64,000 bases of DNA from Candidatus Stammera capleta (lineage in GTDB: Bacteria; Pseudomonadota; Gammaproteobacteria; Enterobacterales; Enterobacteriaceae): contig CP144817.1 in the NCBI GenBank assembly GCA_036689415.1, positions 42,253-106,252 of the forward strand, in the 5' to 3' direction. The translations under genes and the position numbers were made by a program. Below the pieces are notes generated by a model. The model did no database searches. It had not been told where the DNA came from and worked only from the letters and a program-made list of their open reading frames with translations. Below are positions 25,829 to 37,046 of this stretch, one piece after another (within the stretch, counting starts at the first letter, position 1; each line of letters begins with the position of its first letter).

Positions 25829-26953
25829 ATGTCAAATAAAGATTATTATGATATTTTAGGTATTTCTAAAAAAGCAAATAATCAAGAAATTAAAAGAGCA
25901 TATAAACGTTTAGCTATAAAATATCATCCTGATAGAAATAAAGGTAATAAAATTTATGAAGAAAAATTTAAAGAAATACAAAAAGCTTATGAAGTACTAA
26001 GTGATAATAAAAAAAGATCTATGTATGACCAATATGGTCATACTTCTTTTAATCAAGATAATTATACTGATTTTACTTATACTAGTGATTTTAGTGATAT
26101 ATTTGGTGATGTTTTTGGAGATATTTTTAATTCTAATAAAAATAAGAAATCTTATAGTAATACTAAAGGTTCTGATGTTTTATATAAAATTAATATAACT
26201 TTAGAAGAAGTAATAAAAGGTGTTTCTAAAAATATAAAAATTAATTTAATACAAAAATGTAGTATATGTAATGGAACTGGTTGTAAACCTGGTACAACTC
26301 GTAAAGTATGTAATACATGTAATGGAAATGGTAATATACATATTAAACAAGGTTTTTTTACAATACAACAAACATGTCCTTCTTGTAATGGTAATTGTTA
26401 TATTATTAATGATGTTTGTTATATTTGTAGAGGATCAGGTACTGAAAAAGTATATAAAAATTTTTCTATTAAGATACCTTCTGGTATAAATAATGGTGAT
26501 AGTATACGTATTATTGGAAAAGGTAATTATGGTGGTTACAATACAAAATATGGTGATTTATATATTAAAATAAAAGTTAAAAAACATCCTATTTTTAAAA
26601 GATTTGATAATGATTTACATTGTAAAGTTCCTATAAATTTTTCTGTAGCGGCTTTAGGAGGTCAAATAGAAATACCTTCTTTATATAAGAAAATAATATT
26701 TAAAATTCCTCCTGAAACTCAAACTGGTAAAATTTTTCGTATAAAAAATAAAGGAATTAAATATTTAAAAAGTAATAGATATGGAGATTTATTATGTAAA
26801 ATAATAGTTGAAACTCCAATTAATTTAAATAAATTACAAAAAAAATTATTATATAATTTAGGTATAACTTTAAAAAAAAATATTAAAAAAAATAATCCTA
26901 AATCAGAAAGTTTTTTAAATAACTTAAAAAATTTTTTTAATTCTTTAATTTAA
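25829..26953 (+). CDS. dnaJ: Co-chaperone DnaJ
   Basis: It has a J domain with KYHPDRN, the DIFGDVFGDIF motif and four Cys repeats (CSICNGTG, CNTCNGNG, CPSCNGNC, CYICRGSG). Length is 374 aa. Confidence 0.95.
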   Translation: MSNKDYYDILGISKKANNQEIKRAYKRLAIKYHPDRNKGNKIYEEKFKEIQKAYEVLSDNKKRSMYDQYGHTSFNQDNYTDFTYTSDFSDIFGDVFGDIFNSNKNKKSYSNTKGSDVLYKINITLEEVIKGVSKNIKINLIQKCSICNGTGCKPGTTRKVCNTCNGNGNIHIKQGFFTIQQTCPSCNGNCYIINDVCYICRGSGTEKVYKNFSIKIPSGINNGDSIRIIGKGNYGGYNTKYGDLYIKIKVKKHPIFKRFDNDLHCKVPINFSVAALGGQIEIPSLYKKIIFKIPPETQTGKIFRIKNKGIKYLKSNRYGDLLCKIIVETPINLNKLQKKLLYNLGITLKKNIKKNNPKSESFLNNLKNFFNSLI

Positions 26954-28181
26954 TGTTATATATTGGAAATTTTTTACATATATTTAATATTATTTTTTTT
27001 TTTTTTTTTATATTTTTTTTATTTATTTTTTTATCTAATATTTTACATATTATTTTTGTTATTTTTATAATTAATTTTTCTTTTATTCCTCTGCGAGTAA
27101 TTGCAGAAGTTCCTATTCTTATTCCAGAGGTAATAAAAGAATTTTTTTTATCATTAGGTATACAATTTTTATTGACATTTATATTTATTTTGTTTAATAT
27201 TTTTTCAGCTTCTAATCCTGATATATTTTTATTTTTTAAATTTATTACAAATAGATGTGTTTCTGTTCCATTTGAAATTATTTTAAATTTTTTTTTAATA
27301 AAAATATTACACATTAATTTACAATTTTTTATTATTTTTTTTTGATAATTTATAAATTTTTTATTTAATGCTTCTTTAAATATTAAAGCTTTTGCTGCTA
27401 TTATATGCATCATTGGTCCTCCTTGTATTCCTGGAAATAATGAAGAATTTATTTTTTTATATAATTTATAATTATTTCCTTTTGCTAATATTATTGCTCC
27501 TCTTGGGCCAGCTAATGTTTTATGAGTAGTTGTTGTTACTATATCTGCAAATTTTAATGGATTAGGATATATTTTAGCTGCTACTAAACCAGCTATATGT
27601 GACATATCTATCATTAATAAACTATTATATTTTTTTGATATTTCTTTAAAAATTTTTCATTTACATATTTTAGAAAATGAAGAAAATCCTGCTATTATTA
27701 ATTTAGGTTTATATTTTTTAGCTAAGTATTCTATTTCATTATAATTTATTTCTTCTTTTTTGTTTAATCCATATAATTTTGCATTATATATTTTTCCTGA
27801 TATATTTATTTTTGAACCATGTGTTAAATGACCTCCATGATTTAATTTCATACCTAAAATAGTATCTCCTGGTTTTAATATAGCATTATATACAGCAAAA
27901 TTTGCTTGAGAACCTGAATGAGGTTGTACATTTACATAATTTGCATTAAATAATTTTTTTGCTCTATTTATTGCTATTTTTTCTATTTTATCTATATATT
28001 TACATCCTCCATAATATCTTTTTTTATAGTATCCTTCAGCATATTTATTAGTTAATATTGATCCTTGTGCTTTCATTATATTTAAACTTGTATAATTTTC
28101 TGATGCTATTAAATTTATATTATTTTCTTGTCTTTTTTTTTCTAATTTTATTAATTTGAAAATTTTGTCTTTATATTTCAT
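26937..28181 (-). CDS. glyA: Serine hydroxymethyltransferase
   Basis: ORFs 27657-28181 and 26937-27614 share a frame and are bridged by [25 protein letters not shown] and [12 protein letters not shown] (PLP lysine) are present. Length is 414 aa. Confidence 0.93.
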
Positions 28182-28543
28182 TTTATTTATATTTTTTTTA
28201 TTATTTAATTTAAATTTATTAAATTATATTAAATATTTATTTAAATATAAATTATAATATTAATAATAATTTTTAAAATTTATATTTATATTTGTAATAT
28301 TTATTATTTTATTTATATATTAAAATTATTATAATATTTTATTTTTTTTAATTAATTTTTTAAAATTTTTTAAATAAAGTATTTAGTTAAATATTAATAA
28401 TATATTATTTATATTTAATTTAATTATTGTTAATTATAAATTTATAATATTTATTAATTTTTTATATATATATATTAATATTAATAATTTAAAAATAATT
28501 AGTTTTATAAATAATTAATTATATAATATTAATATATTTTTTT

Positions 28544-29113
28544 TTAATTAAGTATCATATATTTTGCTTTTGGATATATAATATAAATTTTTTTTTTATA
28601 AAAATTTTTTATTTTATTTTTAAATTGATAATTATTTACTATAATATTTATTTTTTTTGGCAAGGATATAATTTTTTTTTTAAAAATCTTAATAGAATTA
28701 TATTTTTTTATTCTATTTTTATAGTATATAATAATATTATATATACTATTATATATACTTATAAATATATTTTTATTTATTTTTTTTTTAATTTTTAAAT
28801 TATTTAATATAATTTTAAAAGAATTTGATTTTAATATTTTAATTTTTTTATTTTTTAATTTAAATAATTCTGCTATATTAAATGCTATTCTTGTACCTAT
28901 TATACTTCCTGGTCCTTTATTTATATAAATATATTTTATTTTATTTATATTTATATTATTTTTTTTTGTTAATTTATTAATTAATACTAATATATATTGA
29001 TGTTTTTTTTTATTAATAAATTTATATTTTGTAAATATTTTTTTTTTATATTTTATAGCTACTGAACATAATTCGGTAGAAATTTCTATTGCTAAAATGT
29101 TTTTATTTATCAT
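28544..29113 (-). CDS. tsaB: tRNA t6A37 modification protein TsaB (YeaZ family)
   Basis: ILAIEISTELCSVAI and INKGPGSIIGTRIAFNIAE match the TsaB N-terminal actin-like fold motifs. Length is 189 aa. Confidence 0.7.
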   Translation of the reverse strand: MINKNILAIEISTELCSVAIKYKKKIFTKYKFINKKKHQYILVLINKLTKKNNININKIKYIYINKGPGSIIGTRIAFNIAELFKLKNKKIKILKSNSFKIILNNLKIKKKINKNIFISIYNSIYNIIIYYKNRIKKYNSIKIFKKKIISLPKKINIIVNNYQFKNKIKNFYKKKIYIIYPKAKYMILN

Positions 29114-29232
29114 TTTATTTTTTTTAAAAAAAAAACATATATATCTTTTAATATTTTTTTTATTATTATATAATAATAATTAAAATTAAGTATTAATTTT
29201 TTATATATTTAATAATAATATTTGTTTAAAAA

Positions 29233-29685
29233 ATGTTTTTTTTAAAGAATATAAATAATTACATATTTATTAATAATTTAATATTAATTTATAATAAAAT
29301 GAATAATTTAAAATTACCTACTTTAGGTAAAATATTGATAAGAGCTAGAAAATCTTTAAATTTATCTAGAAAAGATATATCTAAAAAATTATGTCTTAAA
29401 ATAGATATTATAAAAAATATAGAAAAAGATATATTATCTTTTGATATACCCCCCGTTTTTTTATATGGATATATATATTCTTATGCTCGTTTAGTTAAAA
29501 TTCCTAAAAAAAAAATATTTTTTTTTTTAAAAAAATATAAAATTGAAAGTAATATTAATAATAATTTTATTAATGAAAATTCTTTTTTTGTTATATTTAA
29601 AAAATTTATTTTTTTAAATTATTTTAATATAATTAAAATATTTATTTTTATAATATTAGGATTTATTTATTTTTATAATATTTAA
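29233..29685 (+). CDS. rodZ: RodZ-like cytoskeleton adaptor, short form (HTH plus one membrane span)
   Basis: LGKILIRARKSLNLSRKDISKKLCLKIDIIKNIEKD...FLYGYIYSYARLV matches the RodZ XRE-type HTH and the RGY..YA motif. The C-terminal tail is hydrophobic. The position upstream of hisS-der matches the beta/gammaproteobacterial rodZ-ispG-hisS neighbourhood. The start may instead be ATG 29299. Confidence 0.6.
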   Translation: MFFLKNINNYIFINNLILIYNKMNNLKLPTLGKILIRARKSLNLSRKDISKKLCLKIDIIKNIEKDILSFDIPPVFLYGYIYSYARLVKIPKKKIFFFLKKYKIESNINNNFINENSFFVIFKKFIFLNYFNIIKIFIFIILGFIYFYNI

Positions 29686-29707
29686 ATTTTTTTTAAATTA
29701 AATAATT

Positions 29708-31000
29708 ATGAGTAAATTAAAAATAAAATCTTTAAAAGGTATGCATGATTATTTTTTAGATGATATATATTTTTTAAATTATATAGAAAAATGTTTTAGA
29801 AATATTATTTCTTTTTATTCTTTTGAAGAAATTAGATTACCAATTTTAGAAAAAGAAAAATTGTTTACTAAATATATAAATAAAAACTATAAAAATTTTT
29901 ATAAAGAAATATATTCTTTAAAAGATAATAATAATATTATTTTAAGTTTAAGACCTGAAGGTACTATAAGTTGTTTAAGAGCTTATATACAAAATAAATT
30001 ATATTTAAATAATTTTTTAAATAAATTTTGATATATTGGTCCTATGTTTAGATGTGAAAATACACAAAAAGGTCGTTTTAGACAATTTTATCAAATTGGA
30101 TTAGAATTATATGGTAGTTTAAGTATTAGTATGGATATAGAATTATTATTAATAATAGAAAATTTTTTTAAAAAAATAAATATCTATGATTTTTTATATT
30201 TAGAAATTAATACTATTGGTTCTTTAAAAGATAGAAAAAAATATATTAATTTTATAAAAGAAAAATATGGTAAAATTATTTTTAATAAGTTAAATATTAA
30301 AAAAAATACTAATTATTTTAAATTAATTGATAAAAATAATAAAAAATTTTTGAATATGTATAATTATATTCCTAAATTAAAAGATTTTATTAATGAAAAT
30401 TCTTTAAATAATTTTTATAATATATGTAATAAACTTGATTATTTAAATATAAAATATAAAATAAATTATAATTTAGTAAGAGGTATAAATTATTATAATG
30501 ATTTTGTTTTTGAATGAAAAATAAAATCAAAATATATTTATGGAAGTAATAATACTATTTGTGCTGGTGGAAGATATAATAATCTTTCTAAAAATATTTC
30601 TAATTTATCTATACCTTCTATAGGGTGTGCTATAGGTTTAGAAAGATTAATTATTTTATTTAAAAGAAATAACATAAAATGTAATATAAATAAAAATATT
30701 GATATATATATAATTTCTTCTTATAATGATAAATCTATGTTATTAGGTATTTTAATATTTAAAGAAATATTAAATTCTAATTTAAATAATTTAAAAATTT
30801 ATAATGATCATAAATTATATAATAATTTAAATGTTGTAATTAAAAATATATTAAAAAGTAATATACGTATATTAATAATTATAAATAAAAAAGAATTATA
30901 TGGAAATTATATAACTATAAAAGATTTATATTATAATAAACAGAAAAAAGTAAAAATATCTTGTGTTATTAAAACTGTAAATAATTTTTTGAAATTATAA
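29708..31000 (+). CDS. hisS: Histidyl-tRNA synthetase
   Basis: Three ORF pieces share one frame through TGA. GMHDYF, LRPEGT, FRCENTQKGRFRQFYQ and AGGRYNNL...GCAIGLERL are the class II HisRS motifs. Length is 430 aa. Confidence 0.9.
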
Positions 31001-31003
31001 TTT

Positions 31004-32458
31004 ATGTTAACTATAGCTATAGTTGGTAATTATAATGTAGGAAAAACTAGTTTATTTAATTTATTAACTAATACTAATTTTTCATTTACTAATAAATTTA
31101 AATATTTTACTTTAGATTATAATTATGGATTTTTAGATAAAAAATATAAAATTATAAATAAAAATATTATTTTTATTGATACTAATAGTATATTAAATTT
31201 TATTTTTTTAAATAAAAAAAATAAAGGATATAATAATTTTTTATTAAATTTAGAAAGAAAATTTCTATTTATAATTAAAAAAGTAAATTTTATTTTTTTT
31301 TTAGTTGATTCACATATAATTACAGAAAAGGATAAATCTTTATCAAAATATTTAATTAAATATAATAATAATATAGTACTTTTATTAACTAAAAAAGATA
31401 TATATAATAATTTTATATTAAATTTAAATAATTTTTATTGTTTAAGAATAAATAATATTTTTTATATATCTATATATGATAAAAATAGTATTTTTATATT
31501 TTTAAATGAATTTTTAAATAAAAAAAAAATATTAAATAAAAAAAAAAATTTTTATATAAGAAATATAAAATTTTGTATTAATTTAGATAAAAATTATTAT
31601 ATATTAAAAAAATTTATTTTTAATAAAAAAATAAGTAATTATGAAATTAATAAAAATATTATAAAATTAGTAATATTAGGAAAAAATGGTATTGGTAAAT
31701 CTAGTTTTTTAAATTTAGTATGTAAAAATAATAGATCATTTATATCTAATAAAACAGATGGTTGTACTAAAGATTTTATTATGTCATTATATAAATATAA
31801 TAAAAATATTTATTATTTAATTAGTGATTCTCCAGGTTTATGTAATAATAAAAATTATTATAATGATATTATTTTAAAAATTAAATTTAATTTTAATATT
31901 ATTTTATATATAATAGATTTTAATTTAAATATATCTAGATATGATTTAAAAATGTTAAATTTTTTTTTAAAAGAAGGTAAATATATATTATTATTATTTA
32001 ATAAATGTGATAATATTAAAAATAATATTTTATTAAAATATAAAGATATTTTAATTAAAAGATATGATTTTATGAAATATATAGATATATATTTTTTTTC
32101 TTGTTTAAATTATAATATAAATATTATTAATAATTTATTTAAAACTATATATTTAAATTATTTAAATATTTTTAATAATAATATTAATAATATTATTATT
32201 AATAATATTTTAAAAATTTTTAATAAAAATATTAAGAATATTAGAAATAATAAAAATTATATTTTTAAATTAAGATATGCTTTAATTTGTAAATATTATC
32301 CTTTAATAATAATTATATATGGAAATAAAATTAATTTAATAAATAATTTTTATAAAAAGAAAATATTAAATCTTTATATGAAAAAATTAAAATTTAAAGG
32401 TTTTAGAATATTTTTAAGATTTAAAGAAATATATAATCCTTATAAAAAAAAAAAATAA
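31004..32458 (+). CDS. der: Ribosome-associated GTPase Der (EngA), diverged
   Basis: It has two tandem P-loops (IVGNYNVGKTS and ILGKNGIGKSS). The second domain has DSPG and NKCD. Its position after hisS also fits Der. Length is 484 aa. Confidence 0.75.
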   Translation: MLTIAIVGNYNVGKTSLFNLLTNTNFSFTNKFKYFTLDYNYGFLDKKYKIINKNIIFIDTNSILNFIFLNKKNKGYNNFLLNLERKFLFIIKKVNFIFFLVDSHIITEKDKSLSKYLIKYNNNIVLLLTKKDIYNNFILNLNNFYCLRINNIFYISIYDKNSIFIFLNEFLNKKKILNKKKNFYIRNIKFCINLDKNYYILKKFIFNKKISNYEINKNIIKLVILGKNGIGKSSFLNLVCKNNRSFISNKTDGCTKDFIMSLYKYNKNIYYLISDSPGLCNNKNYYNDIILKIKFNFNIILYIIDFNLNISRYDLKMLNFFLKEGKYILLLFNKCDNIKNNILLKYKDILIKRYDFMKYIDIYFFSCLNYNINIINNLFKTIYLNYLNIFNNNINNIIINNILKIFNKNIKNIRNNKNYIFKLRYALICKYYPLIIIIYGNKINLINNFYKKKILNLYMKKLKFKGFRIFLRFKEIYNPYKKKK

Positions 32459-32460
32459 AA

Positions 32461-32869
32461 TTTTAATTGACAATCGCTATTATATATAAAATTTAATAGA
32501 GGAAAGTCCGGACTCCTTAGGAAAAGATGCCAGATAATTTCTGGAAAAATATTTATTTATTTTATGAATAGTGCAACAGAAAATAACCGCCATTTTGGTA
32601 AGGGTGAAAAAGTATGGTAAAAGCATACTATATATTATAGTAATATAATATATGTGTAAACTCCATCTGGAGCAAGGCTAAATTTATAAAAATAAAATAT
32701 TTATATTTTTTTTTCTAAAAAAAATATAATTCAATGTATTTTCCATACATATATTTTATTTTTTATGGTAAGCTGCTTGAATTAATAAGTAATTATTAAT
32801 CTAGATAAATGATTGTCTTATTTATTTTTTAAAAAAAATAAATAAACAGAATCCGGCTTATAATTAAAT
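32461..32869 (+). ncRNA. rnpB: RNase P RNA (bacterial type A) with AT-rich peripheral helices
   Basis: The universal P4 strands GAGGAAAGTCCGG (32499-32511) and ACAGAATCCGGCTTA (32846-32860) are present. So are ACAGAAAATAACCGCC, GGTAAGGGTGAAA, GGAGCAAGGC and AAGCTGCTTGA. P2 pairing is gacaatc/gattgtc and P1-like pairing is tttaatt/aattaaa. The ends are accurate to about 5 nt. Confidence 0.9.
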
Positions 32870-32905
32870 GTTTATTTTTTTAAAATTTATATTGATAATT
32901 TATAT

Positions 32906-34300
32906 ATGTTAAAAATATTTAATACTTTAACTAATAAAAAGGAAATTTTAATTTTTAATAATACTAAAAATATAAATTTATATGTTTGTGGTGTTACAGT
33001 ATCTGATTATTGTCATATTGGTCATGCTAGAACATTTTATTTTTTTGATATTTTAGTTAGATATTTAAATTATTTAAATTATAAATGTAATTATATTAGA
33101 AATATAACAGATATTGATAATAAAATAATTTTTAATTCTTATAAAAATAATATTTCTATTAAAAGTTTATCTAATTTAATGATTTTAAATATGAATAATG
33201 ATTTTAAAAAATTAAATTTTATAAAACCTAGTTTTGAACCTAAAGTTAGTAATCATATAAAATTAATAATTTTTTTTATAAAAAAATTAATTAAATATAA
33301 TTATGCTTATATTTCTTTTAATGGTGATGTATTATTTAATATAAAAAAAATTAAAAAATATGGTAATAATATATTAATAAATAATAATATTAATAATTAT
33401 AATAATAATGATTTTGTTTTATGAAAATTAAATTTAAATTCTTCTGTTAAAAATTTTGGTTGAAATTCTCCTTGAGGTATAGGTAGACCAGGATGGCATA
33501 TTGAATGTTCAATTATTAGTTATAAATATTTAAAAAATATTGATATTCATGGAGGAGGAATAGATTTAATTTTTCCTCATCATGAAAATGAATTTGTTTT
33601 ATCTAAATGTTTATTTAAAGAAAAATATTCTGTTAAACATTGAATACATACTGGTATGGTTATAAATAATATTGGTAAGTTATCTAAATCTAAAAATAAT
33701 TTTTTTCTTATAAAAGATTTATTAAAAAAATATAATTCTGATGTTATAAAATTTTTTCTTATGTCAACTCATTATAGGAAAAATTTAGTTTTTGATTTAA
33801 AGTATTTAAATAAATCAAAATTATGTATAAAAAAAATATATTCTTCTTTAAAAGATTTAGATTTAAATATTTGTTTATCTGATAAAGATAAAAATTTATT
33901 TCTTTTTAAGAAAATTAATTATTATTTTAATATGTATATGAATGATGATTTTAATATACCGAAAATATATTGTTTATTTTTTTATATGGTTAATAAAATT
34001 AATATTTTAAAATCTTATGGTAATTATATTTTAGCTAGTAAAATAGGAGTTAAAATTAAATATTTTGCGAATTTATTAGGATTATTAGATAAAAAAAATT
34101 TAGATTATTTTCTTAATAAAAAAATAAGTAATAATAAAAGAAATGTTTTTATAAATAAAATAAATAAATTTATTATTTTACGTAATAAAGCTCGTTTATT
34201 AAAAAAATGAAAATTAGCTGATTGAATAAGAAATAGATTATTAAAAAATAATATTTGTATACAAGATAAAAAAGAAAATACTAATTGATATTTTAATTAA
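32906..34300 (+). CDS. cysS: Cysteinyl-tRNA synthetase
   Basis: [19 protein letters not shown] (HIGH), [24 protein letters not shown] and KLSKSKNN (KMSKS) are present. The pieces join through TGA. TAA at 34298-34300 gives 464 aa. Confidence 0.92.
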
Positions 34301-34620
34301 TATTTTATATATATAATATTATTATATATTATTTATTTAGTATTTTGTTATTAGTATTTTATTTTTTTTAATAATTTTGTTATTTTTATAATTATTTATT
34401 TATATTTATATTTATAAATACTTAATTAATTATATTTATAAAAAATTAATATAGTTTATTATTTTATTTATACAAAATTTTATATGATTTAAAATTTTAA
34501 ATAAATATATTTATATTTTTAATAAATTTTTTTATTTTATATATTTAATTTATATTTTATAAAAATATGTTTATTTTTTTTTTATTATTATATATAATAT
34601 TTAAAATATATAAAAAGTAA

Positions 34621-34693
34621 ACGCTCTTAGCTCAGTGGATAGAGCAACAGCCTTCTAAGCTGTAGGTCACAGGTTCAAATCCTGTAGAGCGTG
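34621..34693 (+). tRNA. tRNA-Arg (anticodon UCU)
   Basis: A 73-nt cloverleaf. The acceptor is acgctct/agagcgt and the D arm is gctc-agtggata-gagc. The anticodon arm is acagc-cTTCTAa-gctgt and the variable loop is aggtc. The T arm is acagg-ttcaaat-cctgt and the discriminator is g. No CCA is encoded. Confidence 0.92.
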
Positions 34694-34698
34694 TTTTA

Positions 34699-37035
34699 TT
34701 AAAATATTTTTTTTTCCAATGATAATTTTAATACTTCTTTAATATTTTTTAAACAATATATTTTAATATTTTTTTTTATATTTATTGGTATTTCTTCTAA
34801 ATTTTTTTTATTTCCATAAGGAATTATTATATTTTTAATTCCTGATCTTAAAGCTGCTAATATTTTTTCTTTTAATCCTCCTATTGGAAGAATATTACCA
34901 TGTAATGTTATTTCACCAGTCATTGCGATATTTTTTTTTATATAATTTTTAGTTAAAGTTGATATTATTGATGTACATATAGTTATTCCAGCACTAGGTC
35001 CATCTTTTGGAATAGCTCCTTCTGGAACATGTAAATGAATGTCTTTATTGAGATAAAATTTTTTTTTGATTTTTAATTTTTTATATAATGATCTTACTAT
35101 TGTTAAAGATATTTTTATAGATTCTTTCATTACTTTTCCTAATGATCCTGTATATATAAGTTTTCCTTTTCCTGGAACACATAATGTTTCTATTATTAAT
35201 ATTTCTCCTCCATTTTCAGTTCATGCTAATCCTATTACTTCTCCTATTTTTTTTTTTTTGTATATTTTTTTAAAATTAAATTTTTTTATTCCTAAATATT
35301 TTTTTATATTTTTTTTATTTATTTTTATTTTTTTTATTTTTTTATTAATTGTTATTTTTTTTACACTCTTTCTACATATTTTAGATATTTCTCTTTCTAA
35401 TGATCTTACTCCTGGTTCTTTTGTATAATATCTTATTATTTTTATAATTACATTATTATTTATTTTTAATTCATTTTTTTTTAGAAAATTATTTTTTATT
35501 TGTTTAGGTATTAAATATTTTTTTGCTATATTTATTTTTTCATTTTCATCATATCCATATAATTTAATTATTTCCATTCTATCTAATAAAGGAATTGAAA
35601 TATTGTTTATTGAATTAGCTGTTGCTATAAACATTATTTTAGATAAATCATAATCTAATTCTATATAATGATCATTAAAATAACTATTTTGTTCTGGATC
35701 TAATACTTCTAATAATGCTGATGAGGGATCTCCTCTTAAATCTGAGGATATTTTATCAATTTCATCTAATAAAAATAATGGATTTTTTACTTTTGATTTT
35801 ATTATTTTTTGTATTATTTTTCCTGGCATAGATCCTATATAAGTTTTTCTATGTCCTCTAATTTCAGCTTCATCTTTAATTCCTCCTAAAGACATTCTTA
35901 TATATTTTCTTCCAGTAGCTTTTGCTATAGATTTTCCTAAAGAGGTTTTACCTATACCTGGTGGGCCTATAAAACATAATATTGATCCTTTTATTTTATT
36001 AGATCTATTTTGTACAGATAGATATTCTAATATTCTTTCTTTTATATATTCTAATCCAAAATGATCTTTATCTAATATTTTTTTTGCTTCATATAGATTT
36101 TTTTTTATTTTTGTTTCTTTATATCATGGAATTTGTATAATTCAATCTATATAATTTCTTATTACTGTTGATTCTGCAGATAATATAGGCATTACTTTTA
36201 ATTTTTTTAATTCTAATTTTATTTTTTTTTTTACTTCTTTAGGTATTTTAAGATTATTAATTTTTCTTTTTATTAAATCATATTCATTTAAATTTTTATT
36301 TATATAATTAAGTTCTTTTTGTATAGCTTTTATTTTTTCATTTAAATAATATTCTTTTTGATTTTTTTCTATTTGTTTTTTTATTCTATTTTTAATTTTT
36401 TTTTCTATTTTAAGAAGTTGTATTTCTGATTCAATCATTAATAGAATATATTCTAATCTTTTATATATATTTGATAATTCTAATATATATTGTTTATTTT
36501 TTATTTTTATAGGTAAATGTGTAGAAATAACATTAGTAAATTTTTCTATATTATTAATATTATTTAATGAATTTAATATCTCTATTGGTATTTTTTTATT
36601 TAATTCTATATAATATTTAAATTTATTTATTATTGTTTTAACTAAAATATTTTCTTTTTTTTTATCTGTTTTTTTAATTTTTATTTTTTTAATTAGTCCT
36701 ATAAGATATTTTCCTTTATCTTGTATTTCTATTATTTTAGCTCTCTGTATTCCTTCAATTAAAATTTTAACTGTACCATCTGGTAATTTTAGCATTTGTA
36801 ATATATATGATATAGTTCCTATTTTATATAAATTTTTTATATTTGGATCATTATCAGATGGGTTTTTTTGAGTTACTAACATAATTTTTTTATTTTGTTT
36901 CATTGATAATTTTAAACAAAATATGGATTTTTTTCTCATTATAAAAAGAGGTATAATTGTATTTGGATATACTATTATATTTCTTAATGGTAAAATTGGG
37001 ATCTCATTATTTTTTTGAGATCATTTTAATTGCAT
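34699..37035 (-). CDS. lon: ATP-dependent protease Lon
   Basis: Three minus-strand ORFs share a frame and are bridged by TGA. The N-terminus is [31 protein letters not shown]. Walker A is [32 protein letters not shown] contains the catalytic Ser. Length is 778 aa. Confidence 0.93.
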
Positions 37036-37046
37036 ATATTTTTCCT

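Noticed and set aside
26001-26489. The ORFs 26001-26198 and 26271-26489 lie in alternative frames inside dnaJ on the same strand. ORF 58906-59112 does the same inside murG.
   Set aside because: They are out of frame relative to strongly conserved DnaJ and MurG reading frames. Their products are low-complexity and hydrophobic, so they are chance ORFs.
28182-28543. The long AT-only spacers (also 9775-10018, 34301-34620, 52062-52414) could be candidate replication origins.
   Set aside because: A DnaA box (TTATCCACA type) needs C/G positions, and these spacers have essentially none. There is no dnaA, dnaN or gidA nearby. Each spacer simply lies upstream of a transcription unit.
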